Source: Planctomycetota bacterium (GTDB lineage Bacteria; Planctomycetota; PUPC01; JACPCR01). From it: a stretch of 64,000 nucleotides of DNA. Position 1 is the stretch's first letter; every line of letters starts with the position of its first letter. The translations under genes were made by a program, and so were the position numbers. The notes under the pieces were generated by a model, which saw only the letters and a program-made list of their open reading frames with translations, ran no database searches and was not told the DNA's origin. Where the stretch lies: positions 181,186 through 245,185 of the forward strand of contig JACPCR010000064.1 in assembly GCA_016179685.1 (NCBI GenBank), in the 5' to 3' direction. Positions 1-9,405 of this stretch are shown here, piece after piece.

Positions 1-27
1 GCTGAATTCGAAGGAGGACTCATTCAA

Positions 28-825
28 ATGAAACTGGGCTTTATCGGCGAGAACAGTCTCGAAAGCGTGGAGAAGGACTGCGTTTTTGCCCGCGAACACG
101 GTTTCGAGGGCCTCGAATACAATTACTGGGGCGGCTTCAGGGACCTCACCGAAGAGACCGTCTCAAAAACACGGGCTATGCACGAGAAACACGGGCTACG
201 GGCCTGCATGCTCGGCCTCTGGGGCTGGAATCATCTCGCGCCGGACGCCGCGGCCCGCAAGGAGTCCCACGAGATGCTCCGCCGGGCCATCGATTATGCC
301 CGTATCCTTCACGCCGACGTGGTCGTCACGGGCGCTGGCGACCTTCCCAACGAGGCCCCGGGCCGCAAGGTCGCCGAGTTCCTCAAAGTCTTTCGGCCGT
401 TCTTCCACCGTGCCGAAAAGGCGGGTCTCCAGCTCGCCTTCTATGCGCTGCACGGTGGCAGCTTCCTCGACAGCATCGAGGCCTTCGAACGCGTCTGGGA
501 ACATCTCCCGGACCTCAAGATGAAATTCGATCCCGCCAACTGGCAGCACCATGGCGACGATTACCTCGACGTGGTCCGGCGGTACGGCAACAAGATCGGC
601 CACGTTCATATCAAGGAGCACCTCACCCATCGCGGCCAGCTCGCCTCGCAGCCCGCGGCGGGCATGGGCGACATCGAATGGGGCAAGGTCATGGCCTTTC
701 TCTATGAGCACGATTACCGCGGCTGGCTTTCCTTCGAGCCCCACGGCGCCCAGTGGTCGCGGGGCGCACTGCGCGAGAGAATGCTCATCCTCTCCAAAAA
801 ATACCTCAGTCAGTTCCTCATGTAG
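28..825 (+). CDS. sugar phosphate isomerase/epimerase (xylose isomerase-like TIM barrel) family protein
   Basis: 265-aa ORF; ATG at 28 preceded by AAGGAGG at 11-17; sequence resembles xylose isomerase-like TIM-barrel enzymes (from memory, not searched). Confidence 0.7.
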   Translation: MKLGFIGENSLESVEKDCVFAREHGFEGLEYNYWGGFRDLTEETVSKTRAMHEKHGLRACMLGLWGWNHLAPDAAARKESHEMLRRAIDYARILHADVVVTGAGDLPNEAPGRKVAEFLKVFRPFFHRAEKAGLQLAFYALHGGSFLDSIEAFERVWEHLPDLKMKFDPANWQHHGDDYLDVVRRYGNKIGHVHIKEHLTHRGQLASQPAAGMGDIEWGKVMAFLYEHDYRGWLSFEPHGAQWSRGALRERMLILSKKYLSQFLM

Positions 826-986
826 ATCGGGTCGTGTAGGAATAGGCGCCTGGGGCGCCCAAATTGGAAAAGGTTCTTAAGTTTGAATTACGCTTTGATC
901 GGATTGCGGCCCTTTGACCGCGTGAAGAACGGACGCCGTGGCTTCGGCGCCTTGCTTCTCGAGTTTAACCAGGAGGCCTCTGTCCC

Positions 987-1943
987 ATGAAGTTTTCGCC
1001 TGTTTACACTGCGCTGAACGCCTTTCCCGGAGCGGCCTGCGGGCTCGTCCTCTTCGCACTGGCGGGCCAGGCGGAAGAGCCTGCCGTTGCCGGTGCCGCC
1101 GGAGCGATCGCCAAGTCTGCCGTCCCCGTCGCCGTTGACGGCGTTCTCGATGAGGAATGCTGGCAAAAGGCGGAGGCGCTGGATGCGGTCTATATCCTGG
1201 GCAAGGTCGGCGTCAAGGCCGCAAACTGCCCCATGAGGGTCCGGTACACCTGGGACGACCACTACCTCTATGTCGGTTACGAGACCTTCGACAAGAACCT
1301 CATCGCCTTGGGGCAGGGTGAAAAACAGGGTCCCTCGGACAACTTGCGGGAGTCCGCCCACATCTGGCATCCCGACCCGAAGGTCAAAGTGGACGTGATC
1401 GAATTCTTCATCACATTCGGTGACCAGCATTTCTTCTGGGAACTCCATCATAACGCCCTCAACCAGTTCAACGACGTTCTGATCGTCCGCGGCCTGCCCT
1501 TCTGGCAGAACGAGGGCAACCGGGCGGTCTATGCCCGCTGGGGCATCTATTTCGGCAGCCGGGACTACGTCGAGGACGAAGCGGAGTTCAAGCTCGCCAT
1601 GGCCGTCCGGCTCAAGCCCCGGGCTGACGGCCAGCCATCCACGCCGAATGACGAGAAGGACGAGGATACGGGCTACAGCGGAGAGCTGCGCCTCCCTTGG
1701 CACGGGATTGGCGCTCCCCTCTCTTGCCAGACCCTCAGGCAAGTCCCGCCTGAAAAGGAAGGGGAGCAGCCCAAACAGAAACCCGGGGGACCCTGGAAAT
1801 TGGCCGGAAAAGAGGTCTGGATTCTCGCCGTCTGTCAGGATGGCGACCTGGAGAACCGCTACCACCACAGCAGCCCGACGCTGAAACCCGGCTGGTTTCA
1901 TGAGGGTGTCGGTGAATATCCCCGTTACCGGTTGACCGAATGA
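987..1943 (+). CDS. secreted protein with carbohydrate-binding family 9-like domain
   Basis: ATG at 987 preceded by AGGAGG; N-terminal hydrophobic signal-like segment; motif VDGVLDEECWQKA resembles the CBM9-like DGxLDExxW signature. Confidence 0.55.
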   Translation: MKFSPVYTALNAFPGAACGLVLFALAGQAEEPAVAGAAGAIAKSAVPVAVDGVLDEECWQKAEALDAVYILGKVGVKAANCPMRVRYTWDDHYLYVGYETFDKNLIALGQGEKQGPSDNLRESAHIWHPDPKVKVDVIEFFITFGDQHFFWELHHNALNQFNDVLIVRGLPFWQNEGNRAVYARWGIYFGSRDYVEDEAEFKLAMAVRLKPRADGQPSTPNDEKDEDTGYSGELRLPWHGIGAPLSCQTLRQVPPEKEGEQPKQKPGGPWKLAGKEVWILAVCQDGDLENRYHHSSPTLKPGWFHEGVGEYPRYRLTE

Positions 1944-2263
1944 CCCTCTTCGGAAACTCCCTGTTCGACTTCAACGTCCATGCCGCTGCTGTCCTGCCCA
2001 GGGTCGAGCGCCTCGAATTCTCCGACTTCCCCGGCCTGGCTTCGAATGGCTGCGTGCGCCAGCCAGTCCGCTTCGGGATGGGCTTCGCTCGCCCGCCGGA
2101 GATGCCCGGCCACGGGCTCGACCCGTGCCCGGACGCGTTCCAAGAATTCAGCCGTCCGGAGTCATGAACATTCCCTCACCCGCGTCTGCCCCTACCTCCC
2201 ACCACCTTGCCGAGGAACGCCACGATGTCCATCAGACCTTGCAGGCCCAAATGGAAGGGCACC

Positions 2264-3346
2264 ATGACGGATCGCCAGCGGTTTCATAACCAGATGCATT
2301 TCAAACCCGTGGACCGGTGCTTCAACCGCGAGTTTGGATACTGGAACGAGAACTTCCAGAAGTGGCCGATCTTCGTGGAAAACGGCATCCGGAATAACAG
2401 TGAGGCCGATCTCTTTCTCAATTTTGATCTCATGGGCGGCGTTGGCGGCCATCACTGGATGAACCCCCCTTTCGAGCACAAGGTGGTCGAGGTCAGAGGC
2501 GACAAGAAGATCATCCAGAACGGGGACGGGCTTCTCGCCGAAATCCCCGTGGACGGGCACGATACGATTCCCCACTACCTTCAATCCTCCATCGTGACAC
2601 CCGAGGATTGGAAACGATGCAAAGCCGAACGCTTCCGCAGGGACGACCCGGCCCGACGGATCGACGTCGAGAAACTCAAGCGGGATCACACGAGGGACCG
2701 GAGCTATCCGCTGGCGGTGGGCTGCGGCTCCATGATTGGCAAGGTGCGGGACATGCTCACTTTTGAAGGGCTCGCCTACGCCCTCTACGATTACCCGAAC
2801 ATGGTGGAGGACATGGTCGAGACCTGCTGCCAGCTTGTGGAGGACTCTCTCGATCAAATTCTGCCCCACGTCGATGTGGATGTCGCCAGCGGGTGGGAAG
2901 ACATCTGCTTCAAGAACGGGCCCATCATCTCGGTACCGTTCTTCGAGAAGGTCGTCGTCCCACGATATCAACGCATCGGCGACAAGCTGCACCGGCACGG
3001 CGTCGACGTCTGGTTCATCGATTGCGACGGGGACATCCGGCCCCTCCTGCCCGGCTTCCTCGAGGCCGGGGTTAACTGCATGTTTCCCTTCGAGGTGAAT
3101 AGCTCTGGACACCCGGCCGCAGCGCTTCAGCAGTATGGTAAAGACCTTCTCATCATGGGGGGCTTCGACAAGCTGGAACTGAAAAAGGGCAGAAAGGCCA
3201 TCCGGGCCTACATGGAAAGCCTCGTGCCCCTCGTGGACCGAGGCGGCTTCATTCCCTTCTGCGACCACCGATGCCCGCCCGACGTCAGCCCGGATGACTA
3301 CCTCTATTACCTCGACTTGAAAGAAAAAATGTTCGGCATACCTTAG
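2264..3346 (+). CDS. uroporphyrinogen decarboxylase (URO-D) family protein
   Basis: ORF 2207..3346; most plausible start is the third in-frame ATG at 2264 (GGAAGG upstream); length and C-terminal region resemble URO-D/methyltransferase MtaA-like fold. Confidence 0.65.
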   Translation: MTDRQRFHNQMHFKPVDRCFNREFGYWNENFQKWPIFVENGIRNNSEADLFLNFDLMGGVGGHHWMNPPFEHKVVEVRGDKKIIQNGDGLLAEIPVDGHDTIPHYLQSSIVTPEDWKRCKAERFRRDDPARRIDVEKLKRDHTRDRSYPLAVGCGSMIGKVRDMLTFEGLAYALYDYPNMVEDMVETCCQLVEDSLDQILPHVDVDVASGWEDICFKNGPIISVPFFEKVVVPRYQRIGDKLHRHGVDVWFIDCDGDIRPLLPGFLEAGVNCMFPFEVNSSGHPAAALQQYGKDLLIMGGFDKLELKKGRKAIRAYMESLVPLVDRGGFIPFCDHRCPPDVSPDDYLYYLDLKEKMFGIP

Positions 3347-3548
3347 AGTCTTCGGGTGTCACTTCCCCGCGCCCGCGCCCACTACGTGGTCACCCGGCGG
3401 AGAAGTTGAAAGGTGTCGGGTGTCGGGTGTCCGTTGATTCCTGAACCCTGAGCCTGACACCTTTTCCAGCCTTGTTGGATTGCGGGCTTCGTCCGCTTTA
3501 AGAATACTCTGCACGGGAGGATAGACGGCACTTCGGAGTCCATCGGCT

Positions 3549-3596
3549 CGTAGACGAGTTCGCAAGTACGGGTGCACTTGCGAGCGCGTCTGCTCG
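3549..3596. repeat. REP-like palindrome (degenerate copy), core AAGTAC-GGGT-GCACTT
   Basis: cgTAGACGAGTTCGCAAGTAC gggt GCACTTGCGAGCgcgtc; imperfect hairpin 70 bp upstream of PhyH gene. Confidence 0.7.
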
Positions 3597-3664
3597 GGTG
3601 TTGTGCAGCACGATCCCGGGCCGATGGACCCTCGTAAACCGGGCAAGAAAATAAGAGGTGGACC

Positions 3665-4492
3665 ATGCCGGATTCGACTCTCAAGGGCCAGCAGGTCGGG
3701 CTCACCGACGACCAGCTTCGTTTCTACAAGACCTTCGGCTACGTCGTCCTCCGGGGGTTCTTCACGCCGGAAGAGGTTCAGATCATCCAGCGTGAGGTCA
3801 GCCACGCCATGACCGTCCAGTACGCGCACAAGCCGTTCGACGGCACGGCCCGGCACTGGACCATGATGCTTGAAGAAGATACGCCGTTCTTTGCGAGCTT
3901 GATGGAGGACCCGCGTTTCCTCACGATCGCCAAGCATCTCTACGGCCAGGACGTGCTCGGCGTCGGGACCGATGCCAATCGCTACGTGGGCAACACCGGC
4001 TGGCATCGGGATACGGCCACCGTCCTGCAATACGGCGTGAAATTCGCCTTCTACCTCGATCCCGTGGACGCCTTGACCGGGGCCCTCCGGGTCGTCCCTT
4101 CCTCTCATCGATACCCCGACGATGAGGAATTCGGCAAGCTCATCCGCGGCTTCGCTGTGCAGGACGTGCCCGCCCAGGCGCTCCAGTCCGAGCCTGGCGA
4201 TGCCGTGGCCTTCGATCTGCGGACCTACCACGCCTCCTTTGGCGGAAGCCGGGACCGGCGGATGTGCACGGTGGTCTACTACGGCAATCCGCGTAACGCA
4301 GAGGAAGAGGAAAGCCTGCGCCGGCAAGGCGAAGGCAACGTCCGGGGCAGCTTTAAACAGTTCGGCTGCAAACGCCAGTACCTTTACCCGAGGACCTGGT
4401 ATCAGAATCCGAACCGGAGTCCCGATCGCCAGTGGTGGATCGACCGCCTCAAACAGATCGGATACTTCGACTGGCCGGGGGTGCTTCAGTAG
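3665..4492 (+). CDS. phytanoyl-CoA dioxygenase (PhyH) family Fe(II)/2-oxoglutarate oxygenase
   Basis: 275-aa ORF; GWHRD...D and HxSFGG-like motifs typical of PhyH family; paralogous to three other ORFs in window. Confidence 0.75.
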   Translation: MPDSTLKGQQVGLTDDQLRFYKTFGYVVLRGFFTPEEVQIIQREVSHAMTVQYAHKPFDGTARHWTMMLEEDTPFFASLMEDPRFLTIAKHLYGQDVLGVGTDANRYVGNTGWHRDTATVLQYGVKFAFYLDPVDALTGALRVVPSSHRYPDDEEFGKLIRGFAVQDVPAQALQSEPGDAVAFDLRTYHASFGGSRDRRMCTVVYYGNPRNAEEEESLRRQGEGNVRGSFKQFGCKRQYLYPRTWYQNPNRSPDRQWWIDRLKQIGYFDWPGVLQ

Positions 4493-4550
4493 GCCTTGCC
4501 GAAAACGTTTCCTGAGCGACGCCCATGGAGGGGCGGCGCGTGATTACGCA

Positions 4551-5381
4551 TTACCTGAGATACATGCTCGGCGTGCGGCTGCGCTCATATTTCACGTCCG
4601 GGTCGTGATTCCGGACCGCATCCGGTATCTCCCCGTCCCACCAGCTCGGCGGCTTCGGAAACTCGAAGATCGAGTGCCACTGAAGCACCAGTGTCCGCCT
4701 CTGGGGCGTCCGGTTCGCCCGCGCGCCATGCAGCAGCCGTGCATCGTTGATCACCAGGTCGCCTCCCCGCACCGGCAGGTCCACTGCATCCGGATGGTCC
4801 TGGAAGGCCGGGTGCGACAAGTCGCGTATCGCCTGAATCTCAGGGCCATGGGCGGGCGGCAAGTGATCGTGCAACGGGATGCGCTTGCGGTGCGTGCCCG
4901 GAATCGCCCGCAAACAGCCGTTCTCCAGCGTCGTATCGGTCATGTAGTAGGACAGGAAAACGCGAGTCGGCCACGGGGAAGCGCTCTCCGGATGATTCCA
5001 GTTCATCAGGTCCTGATGCCAGTAGAGCGGGGGACCGTACGCAGGCTTGCTCAGAACAATGATCGTGTCGTCGGGCCTCTGATGTTCCAGGCCGATCCGC
5101 CGGCAGGCCTCCCAGGCCTCCGGGAGGTCGACCAGTTCGTCCACCAGCTCGGAATACTCGCCGCTTTTTCGTTTCTCCCAAAGCCGTTTGGAAGCGATGT
5201 GGAAATCGCTCCCTTGATACCGATACCGCGGGTCAACGGCTTTTCTCTCGAAAAGCTGGTTCGTGAACTGGCGCATCCGCTCGAGCAGGCTGCCTCGGAG
5301 CACCCCCGGGACCACACAATAGCCGAGCTCGACGAGCTCCTGGCGTTTCTTGACCGCCTGTTCCTCAGTGAGTTCGGGCAT
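4551..5381 (-). CDS. phytanoyl-CoA dioxygenase (PhyH) family protein
   Basis: ORF 4551..5675 on minus strand; start moved to internal ATG at 5381 (MPELTEEQ...) which has GGAGGG upstream; WHQD and HGxxxN motifs. Confidence 0.7.
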   Translation of the reverse strand: MPELTEEQAVKKRQELVELGYCVVPGVLRGSLLERMRQFTNQLFERKAVDPRYRYQGSDFHIASKRLWEKRKSGEYSELVDELVDLPEAWEACRRIGLEHQRPDDTIIVLSKPAYGPPLYWHQDLMNWNHPESASPWPTRVFLSYYMTDTTLENGCLRAIPGTHRKRIPLHDHLPPAHGPEIQAIRDLSHPAFQDHPDAVDLPVRGGDLVINDARLLHGARANRTPQRRTLVLQWHSIFEFPKPPSWWDGEIPDAVRNHDPDVKYERSRTPSMYLR

Positions 5382-5494
5382 GTCACCCTCCGTCCAGCGC
5401 CTGCGAAAGAACTGAAAAATGGTGAAAATACCCGCCAGCCCGTGACGGTTCAGATTCGCAGGCCCGGACCGCACGGCTTTTTGAATTATCGCAC

Positions 5495-6811
5495 GTGAGC
5501 CCTGCGCCCTCAAGTGTTCCGCGAGGCCTTCCCGTGTTTCCCTTGTTTCAACAATGCTCGCGAAGTAGCCTCGTCCGAACCGCGCTCGTTTCCCTGCCTT
5601 TGCTCGGGCTGATCCAACCCTCATGGAGTCAGGCCCAGGACGGGCCCTCCGGCATCCTGCATGCCTTTGCCACACGGCTTACACAGACGGAGGAGCGGCT
5701 TCCCATCATCCTCAGGGCGGCTGAGTTGGCGGCCCGGCGTTTCCTGGAGCACGAGGACGCCTTCATCAATGTGCCGTACGCCGTCCAAATGTCCTTCGCG
5801 GAAGAGATCGTGAACCGCGCCGGCGGCTTGGCCAACGCTCTTCCAGCAGAAGAACGGCCAGGCCACGCCTCTGCCCACGACATCGCGCTGCTCAGTGTCA
5901 GGGCCTGGAACGTCGACGGACCCGCCATTCTCGAACTGGCCAAGGAATACCGGCGGCGGGGCTGGATGGTCATCCTCTTCGCCTCTGAGTCCGGACGGCC
6001 CGATGGCCTCGAGATCGCCTTCCTCGTAGATAACGGAGCGCGTTCGGGCGCGGCCGCTCATGCCCCCGTCAACGCCCTGATTAATGTGCTCCACGCACAC
6101 CTCTGGGCATCCGAATTTGCGGCGGCACTCACCCGCCGGGACCGCTTCCCCGGCGTCCTCCTGTCCGTCGCCGTCGCTGGCTCCGACGAACATAATCGAA
6201 AGGTCCGGGCCAACCCGGGGACCCGATTTCTGGGCGAATGCGGGACCCGCATGCCCCCTGGGACTGCCGCTCGTGTCTACCTCGAACAGGTTCGGCGACT
6301 GGCCGACTCCCTTGCGGGCGAACGGACCCAACAACAGGTCCAAGCGGCCGCAGACCTCGTCCGCTCCACACTGGATTCAGGTAAACGAGTGAAGGTTTCG
6401 TCCTGCACCCATTTTCTAATGTCCGAGATCTTCCAGAACCGCCTGACCCCGCTCGAGCCCTTCCCGATCGTCTGGCAGTCCTCGAATACCGCCAGACATC
6501 TTGGCCGTGACGACCTCATGATCTGGTTTGGCTACGTGGGCATGAGCACGATCTATGAAGATTACGGCGGCGCGTTGCGACGTACGGGTGCAAAGCTTGT
6601 GGCCAGTTACGTGCCGGACCAGAATAGGGCTAATAACGCTGCCGACGCCGCCTGTCTCATCGAGCAGACCTGGGAACCACCCGACGCAGTCGTCCCTATT
6701 CCTTTCCCTCCGGATTGCATGAGCCCCGTCAGCGGCCTCAATGTTGGACTGCTCTATCGAATGCTCGAAGAGAAAATTCTGGAACTTCTGGGCAACCGGT
6801 CTGCGGAATGA
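5495..6811 (+). CDS. hypothetical protein, possibly secreted
   Basis: 438-aa ORF with non-repetitive composition; GTG at 5495, true start uncertain (hydrophobic stretch LVSLPLLGLIQP near N-terminus); no family recognised. Confidence 0.5.
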   Translation: MSPAPSSVPRGLPVFPLFQQCSRSSLVRTALVSLPLLGLIQPSWSQAQDGPSGILHAFATRLTQTEERLPIILRAAELAARRFLEHEDAFINVPYAVQMSFAEEIVNRAGGLANALPAEERPGHASAHDIALLSVRAWNVDGPAILELAKEYRRRGWMVILFASESGRPDGLEIAFLVDNGARSGAAAHAPVNALINVLHAHLWASEFAAALTRRDRFPGVLLSVAVAGSDEHNRKVRANPGTRFLGECGTRMPPGTAARVYLEQVRRLADSLAGERTQQQVQAAADLVRSTLDSGKRVKVSSCTHFLMSEIFQNRLTPLEPFPIVWQSSNTARHLGRDDLMIWFGYVGMSTIYEDYGGALRRTGAKLVASYVPDQNRANNAADAACLIEQTWEPPDAVVPIPFPPDCMSPVSGLNVGLLYRMLEEKILELLGNRSAE

Positions 6812-6866
6812 CAGGGTGCGAAATGGTGAGCGGGGGATTCCGCTCTGGCTTCGTGGTCAGCCTGTC

Positions 6867-6914
6867 CCCCGTACACGAAATTGGAAGTGCATGCGCACTT
6901 CCAATTTCGTGTAC
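6867..6914. repeat. REP-like palindrome, perfect 20-bp stem, core GGAAGTGC-ATGC-GCACTTCC
   Basis: ccGTACACGAAATTGGAAGTGC atgc GCACTTCCAATTTCGTGTACgg in intergenic DNA. Confidence 0.8.
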
Positions 6915-7027
6915 GGGACGGTTTGAGGCAGTGCTGTCACGACCGTTCAGATCCTGCCCCACGTATCCGGTGAGTGCGCCCCACCCACTTAGGTGATGCT
7001 CGACGTACCACCGGCAACAAGGCTTCG

Positions 7028-7429
7028 CTAGTTGTACTTCAAGGCAATCTTCCTCGGTCTCGCGGCCTCGGCCTTGGGCAGGATCACCTGCAATACGCCG
7101 TTTCTCATCGAGGCCTCGATCCGGTTCACATCAAACTCGTCCGAAAGAGTGAATGACCTGCGGAAATTGCCCGGAGGATACTCCTGGACCTTCAACTCAT
7201 AGCCCGGAAATTCTTCCTCCTGGATGTGGCCGGTGAGCGTCAGAACGGCGTTCTCCAGCTCCACGTCCACGGATTTCTCATTCACACCGGGCATGTCCGC
7301 CAGGAGTACCAGTTCCTTGTCGCGCTCGAAAATGTCACAGCGAGGCACATACGTCGAGCAGCTTCGAGTAGCTTCCGGGGCCGCTGGAGCGTTGCTCCCA
7401 TACTTCCGAACATGCGTTTCCATTGACAT
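7028..7429 (-). CDS. Hsp20/alpha-crystallin family small heat shock protein
   Basis: 133-aa ORF; alpha-crystallin domain pattern (DIFE...VLLADMPGV...GVLQVILPK). Confidence 0.85.
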   Translation of the reverse strand: MSMETHVRKYGSNAPAAPEATRSCSTYVPRCDIFERDKELVLLADMPGVNEKSVDVELENAVLTLTGHIQEEEFPGYELKVQEYPPGNFRRSFTLSDEFDVNRIEASMRNGVLQVILPKAEAARPRKIALKYN

Positions 7430-7494
7430 GGTCTTGATCCTCCTTTAAGAGTCGAACTCCGATTCCAAGGCGACGCCCATGAAGAGGCGGCGCG

Positions 7495-7938
7495 TCAAAG
7501 TGCCTTGACCTGGACTTGCCTTGGCTTGTCGGCCTCGACACGCGGCAGCGTGATGCGCAAGACGCCCGACTGGTACGCTGCCTGAACCTTTTCGGGATCC
7601 ACACGCACGGGAAGCTCGATCGTACGGATGAAATTGCCCGTGCGTCTCTCCTGCCGATGATAAACTTCCCCCTCCTTCAGGTCTTCAGGCCGGCGTCGGC
7701 CACTCAACGTCAAGGTGTCGCCAAGAACTGAAATCTCGATATCGCTCGGGGCGACACCAGGCATCTCCGCGGTCACCACCATGTCATCCTTACCCGACCA
7801 AACATTGATCCGCGGAAAAGCACTGGTCACGCCGCTCGTGTCCATCTCACCGAACAGGCGATCCATTTCCTGATGCAGACGCCACATGTCAGGCCAGAGA
7901 CCCCTTGCCCAGTCTCCGCTAAGTTCTCGCTTATGCAT
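7495..7938 (-). CDS. Hsp20/alpha-crystallin family small heat shock protein
   Basis: 147-aa ORF; alpha-crystallin domain pattern (VVTAEMPGV...GVLRITLPR); tandem with 7028..7429. Confidence 0.85.
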   Translation of the reverse strand: MHKRELSGDWARGLWPDMWRLHQEMDRLFGEMDTSGVTSAFPRINVWSGKDDMVVTAEMPGVAPSDIEISVLGDTLTLSGRRRPEDLKEGEVYHRQERRTGNFIRTIELPVRVDPEKVQAAYQSGVLRITLPRVEADKPRQVQVKAL

Positions 7939-8466
7939 ATCTACCTCCTTTCCAAATAAGATGACCTGAACTTGAACTTCGGAACCCCGGTTCCAAACTC
8001 CAGTTTATTGGAAAGCTAAATCCGTTCCAAATCTCACAGTTTATTCGTTAACACTTTTAGCTAAATACTTTACATTAGAATCAGTAAATCATAATTAGAA
8101 ACCCAGCTAATTTGACAGGCCAGAATGACATAATATAGATGCCGTTATGACAGTAAGCCATATTGGCATATTCTCTGAGACGCTAATTTGCCCAGACTTC
8201 TCTTCCGCCGAGGTCTGGCATCGGTTCTTGTGAAGGAAACGATACTGCATGCGCCTTCACAAAGAGCTGTACAGACCTCTCGCACCATTAAATCGGCCGA
8301 GAATGAAGTAGGGGGCTGTTCTAGAGCCGAGCCGATTTTCTGGGTCATCACGATTGAGCGGTCTCTGTAACATAGACTATGCGGCTCGACGCGATTCAGC
8401 GCGCGTTTCCCTCTGACCCGTAAAGATTACGGCTGGCCGCCGGTATCCATACCGGGGTCGGGATCG

Positions 8467-9378
8467 CTATCTGGATCGACGCTTTTCGTCCCGTTCCTCA
8501 GCCTCCAGCGCCTGCCTCATCTGCTCCAGTATCTTCTCTTGCTGCTCCGTTACCTCTGGGTAACGCATCTTCAGCCGCTTCATCCTTTCCACCAGGATGT
8601 GCGAGATGATGAGGCGGGCATTCTTCTTATCATCGCCGGGAATGACGTACCAGGGCGCATAGTCCGTGCTCGTGTGCTTCAGACATTGCTCGTAAGCCTC
8701 CATATACCGCGCCCAATGCCTTCGCTCCTCCACGTCCGCTGGGGAGAATTTCCAGTTCTTGTTCCGCTTCTCGATGCGTTCCAGGAGGCGTTGCCGCTGT
8801 TCCTCCTTCGAGATGTGAATGAAAAACTTCACTATCCTCGTCCCGTTCCGACCCAGGTAGCGCTCGAAATCAACGATGTCCTGATATCGAGCCTTCCAGA
8901 GCCTATCCGGATGATGCAGAACCTCCGCGGGAATCTTCTGTCGTTCGAGTATTTCGGGATGGACCCGCGTGACGATCACCTCTTCATAATAGGACCGGTT
9001 GAAGATACCGATCCGCCCGCGTTCCGGCAGGCAACGCGTTGTACGCCAGAGGAAATCGTGGTCCAGCTCCTCCTCGCTGGGCCTCCTGAAGCTGAAGACC
9101 TGGCAGCCCTGGGGGTTCACTCCCGACATGACGTGCTTGATCGCTCCGTCCTTCCCCGCGGTATCCATGGCCTGGAACAGGATGAGCACCGCGTAGCGAT
9201 CGTGCGCATAGAGAACGTCCTGCATCCGGCCCAGTTCCTCACGGGCGTCTTCCAGCTTCATTTCGTAATCCTTGTTCGATGCGTAAACATCGGATATGCA
9301 AGTCGGGTATGCCTTCAGGGAAACCGCTCGTCTGCCGGAAATCTCGAACCTTTTCCAGTCGATGGCGTTCGGGGTCAT
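8467..9378 (-). CDS. polyphosphate kinase 2 (PPK2) family protein
   Basis: 303-aa ORF; Walker-A-like MDTAGKDG and C-terminal WYVIPGDDKKNARL typical of PPK2 family. Confidence 0.75.
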   Translation of the reverse strand: MTPNAIDWKRFEISGRRAVSLKAYPTCISDVYASNKDYEMKLEDAREELGRMQDVLYAHDRYAVLILFQAMDTAGKDGAIKHVMSGVNPQGCQVFSFRRPSEEELDHDFLWRTTRCLPERGRIGIFNRSYYEEVIVTRVHPEILERQKIPAEVLHHPDRLWKARYQDIVDFERYLGRNGTRIVKFFIHISKEEQRQRLLERIEKRNKNWKFSPADVEERRHWARYMEAYEQCLKHTSTDYAPWYVIPGDDKKNARLIISHILVERMKRLKMRYPEVTEQQEKILEQMRQALEAEERDEKRRSR

Positions 9379-9405
9379 GGCCTGTTGATCCAGATAGGAA
9401 CCCGT

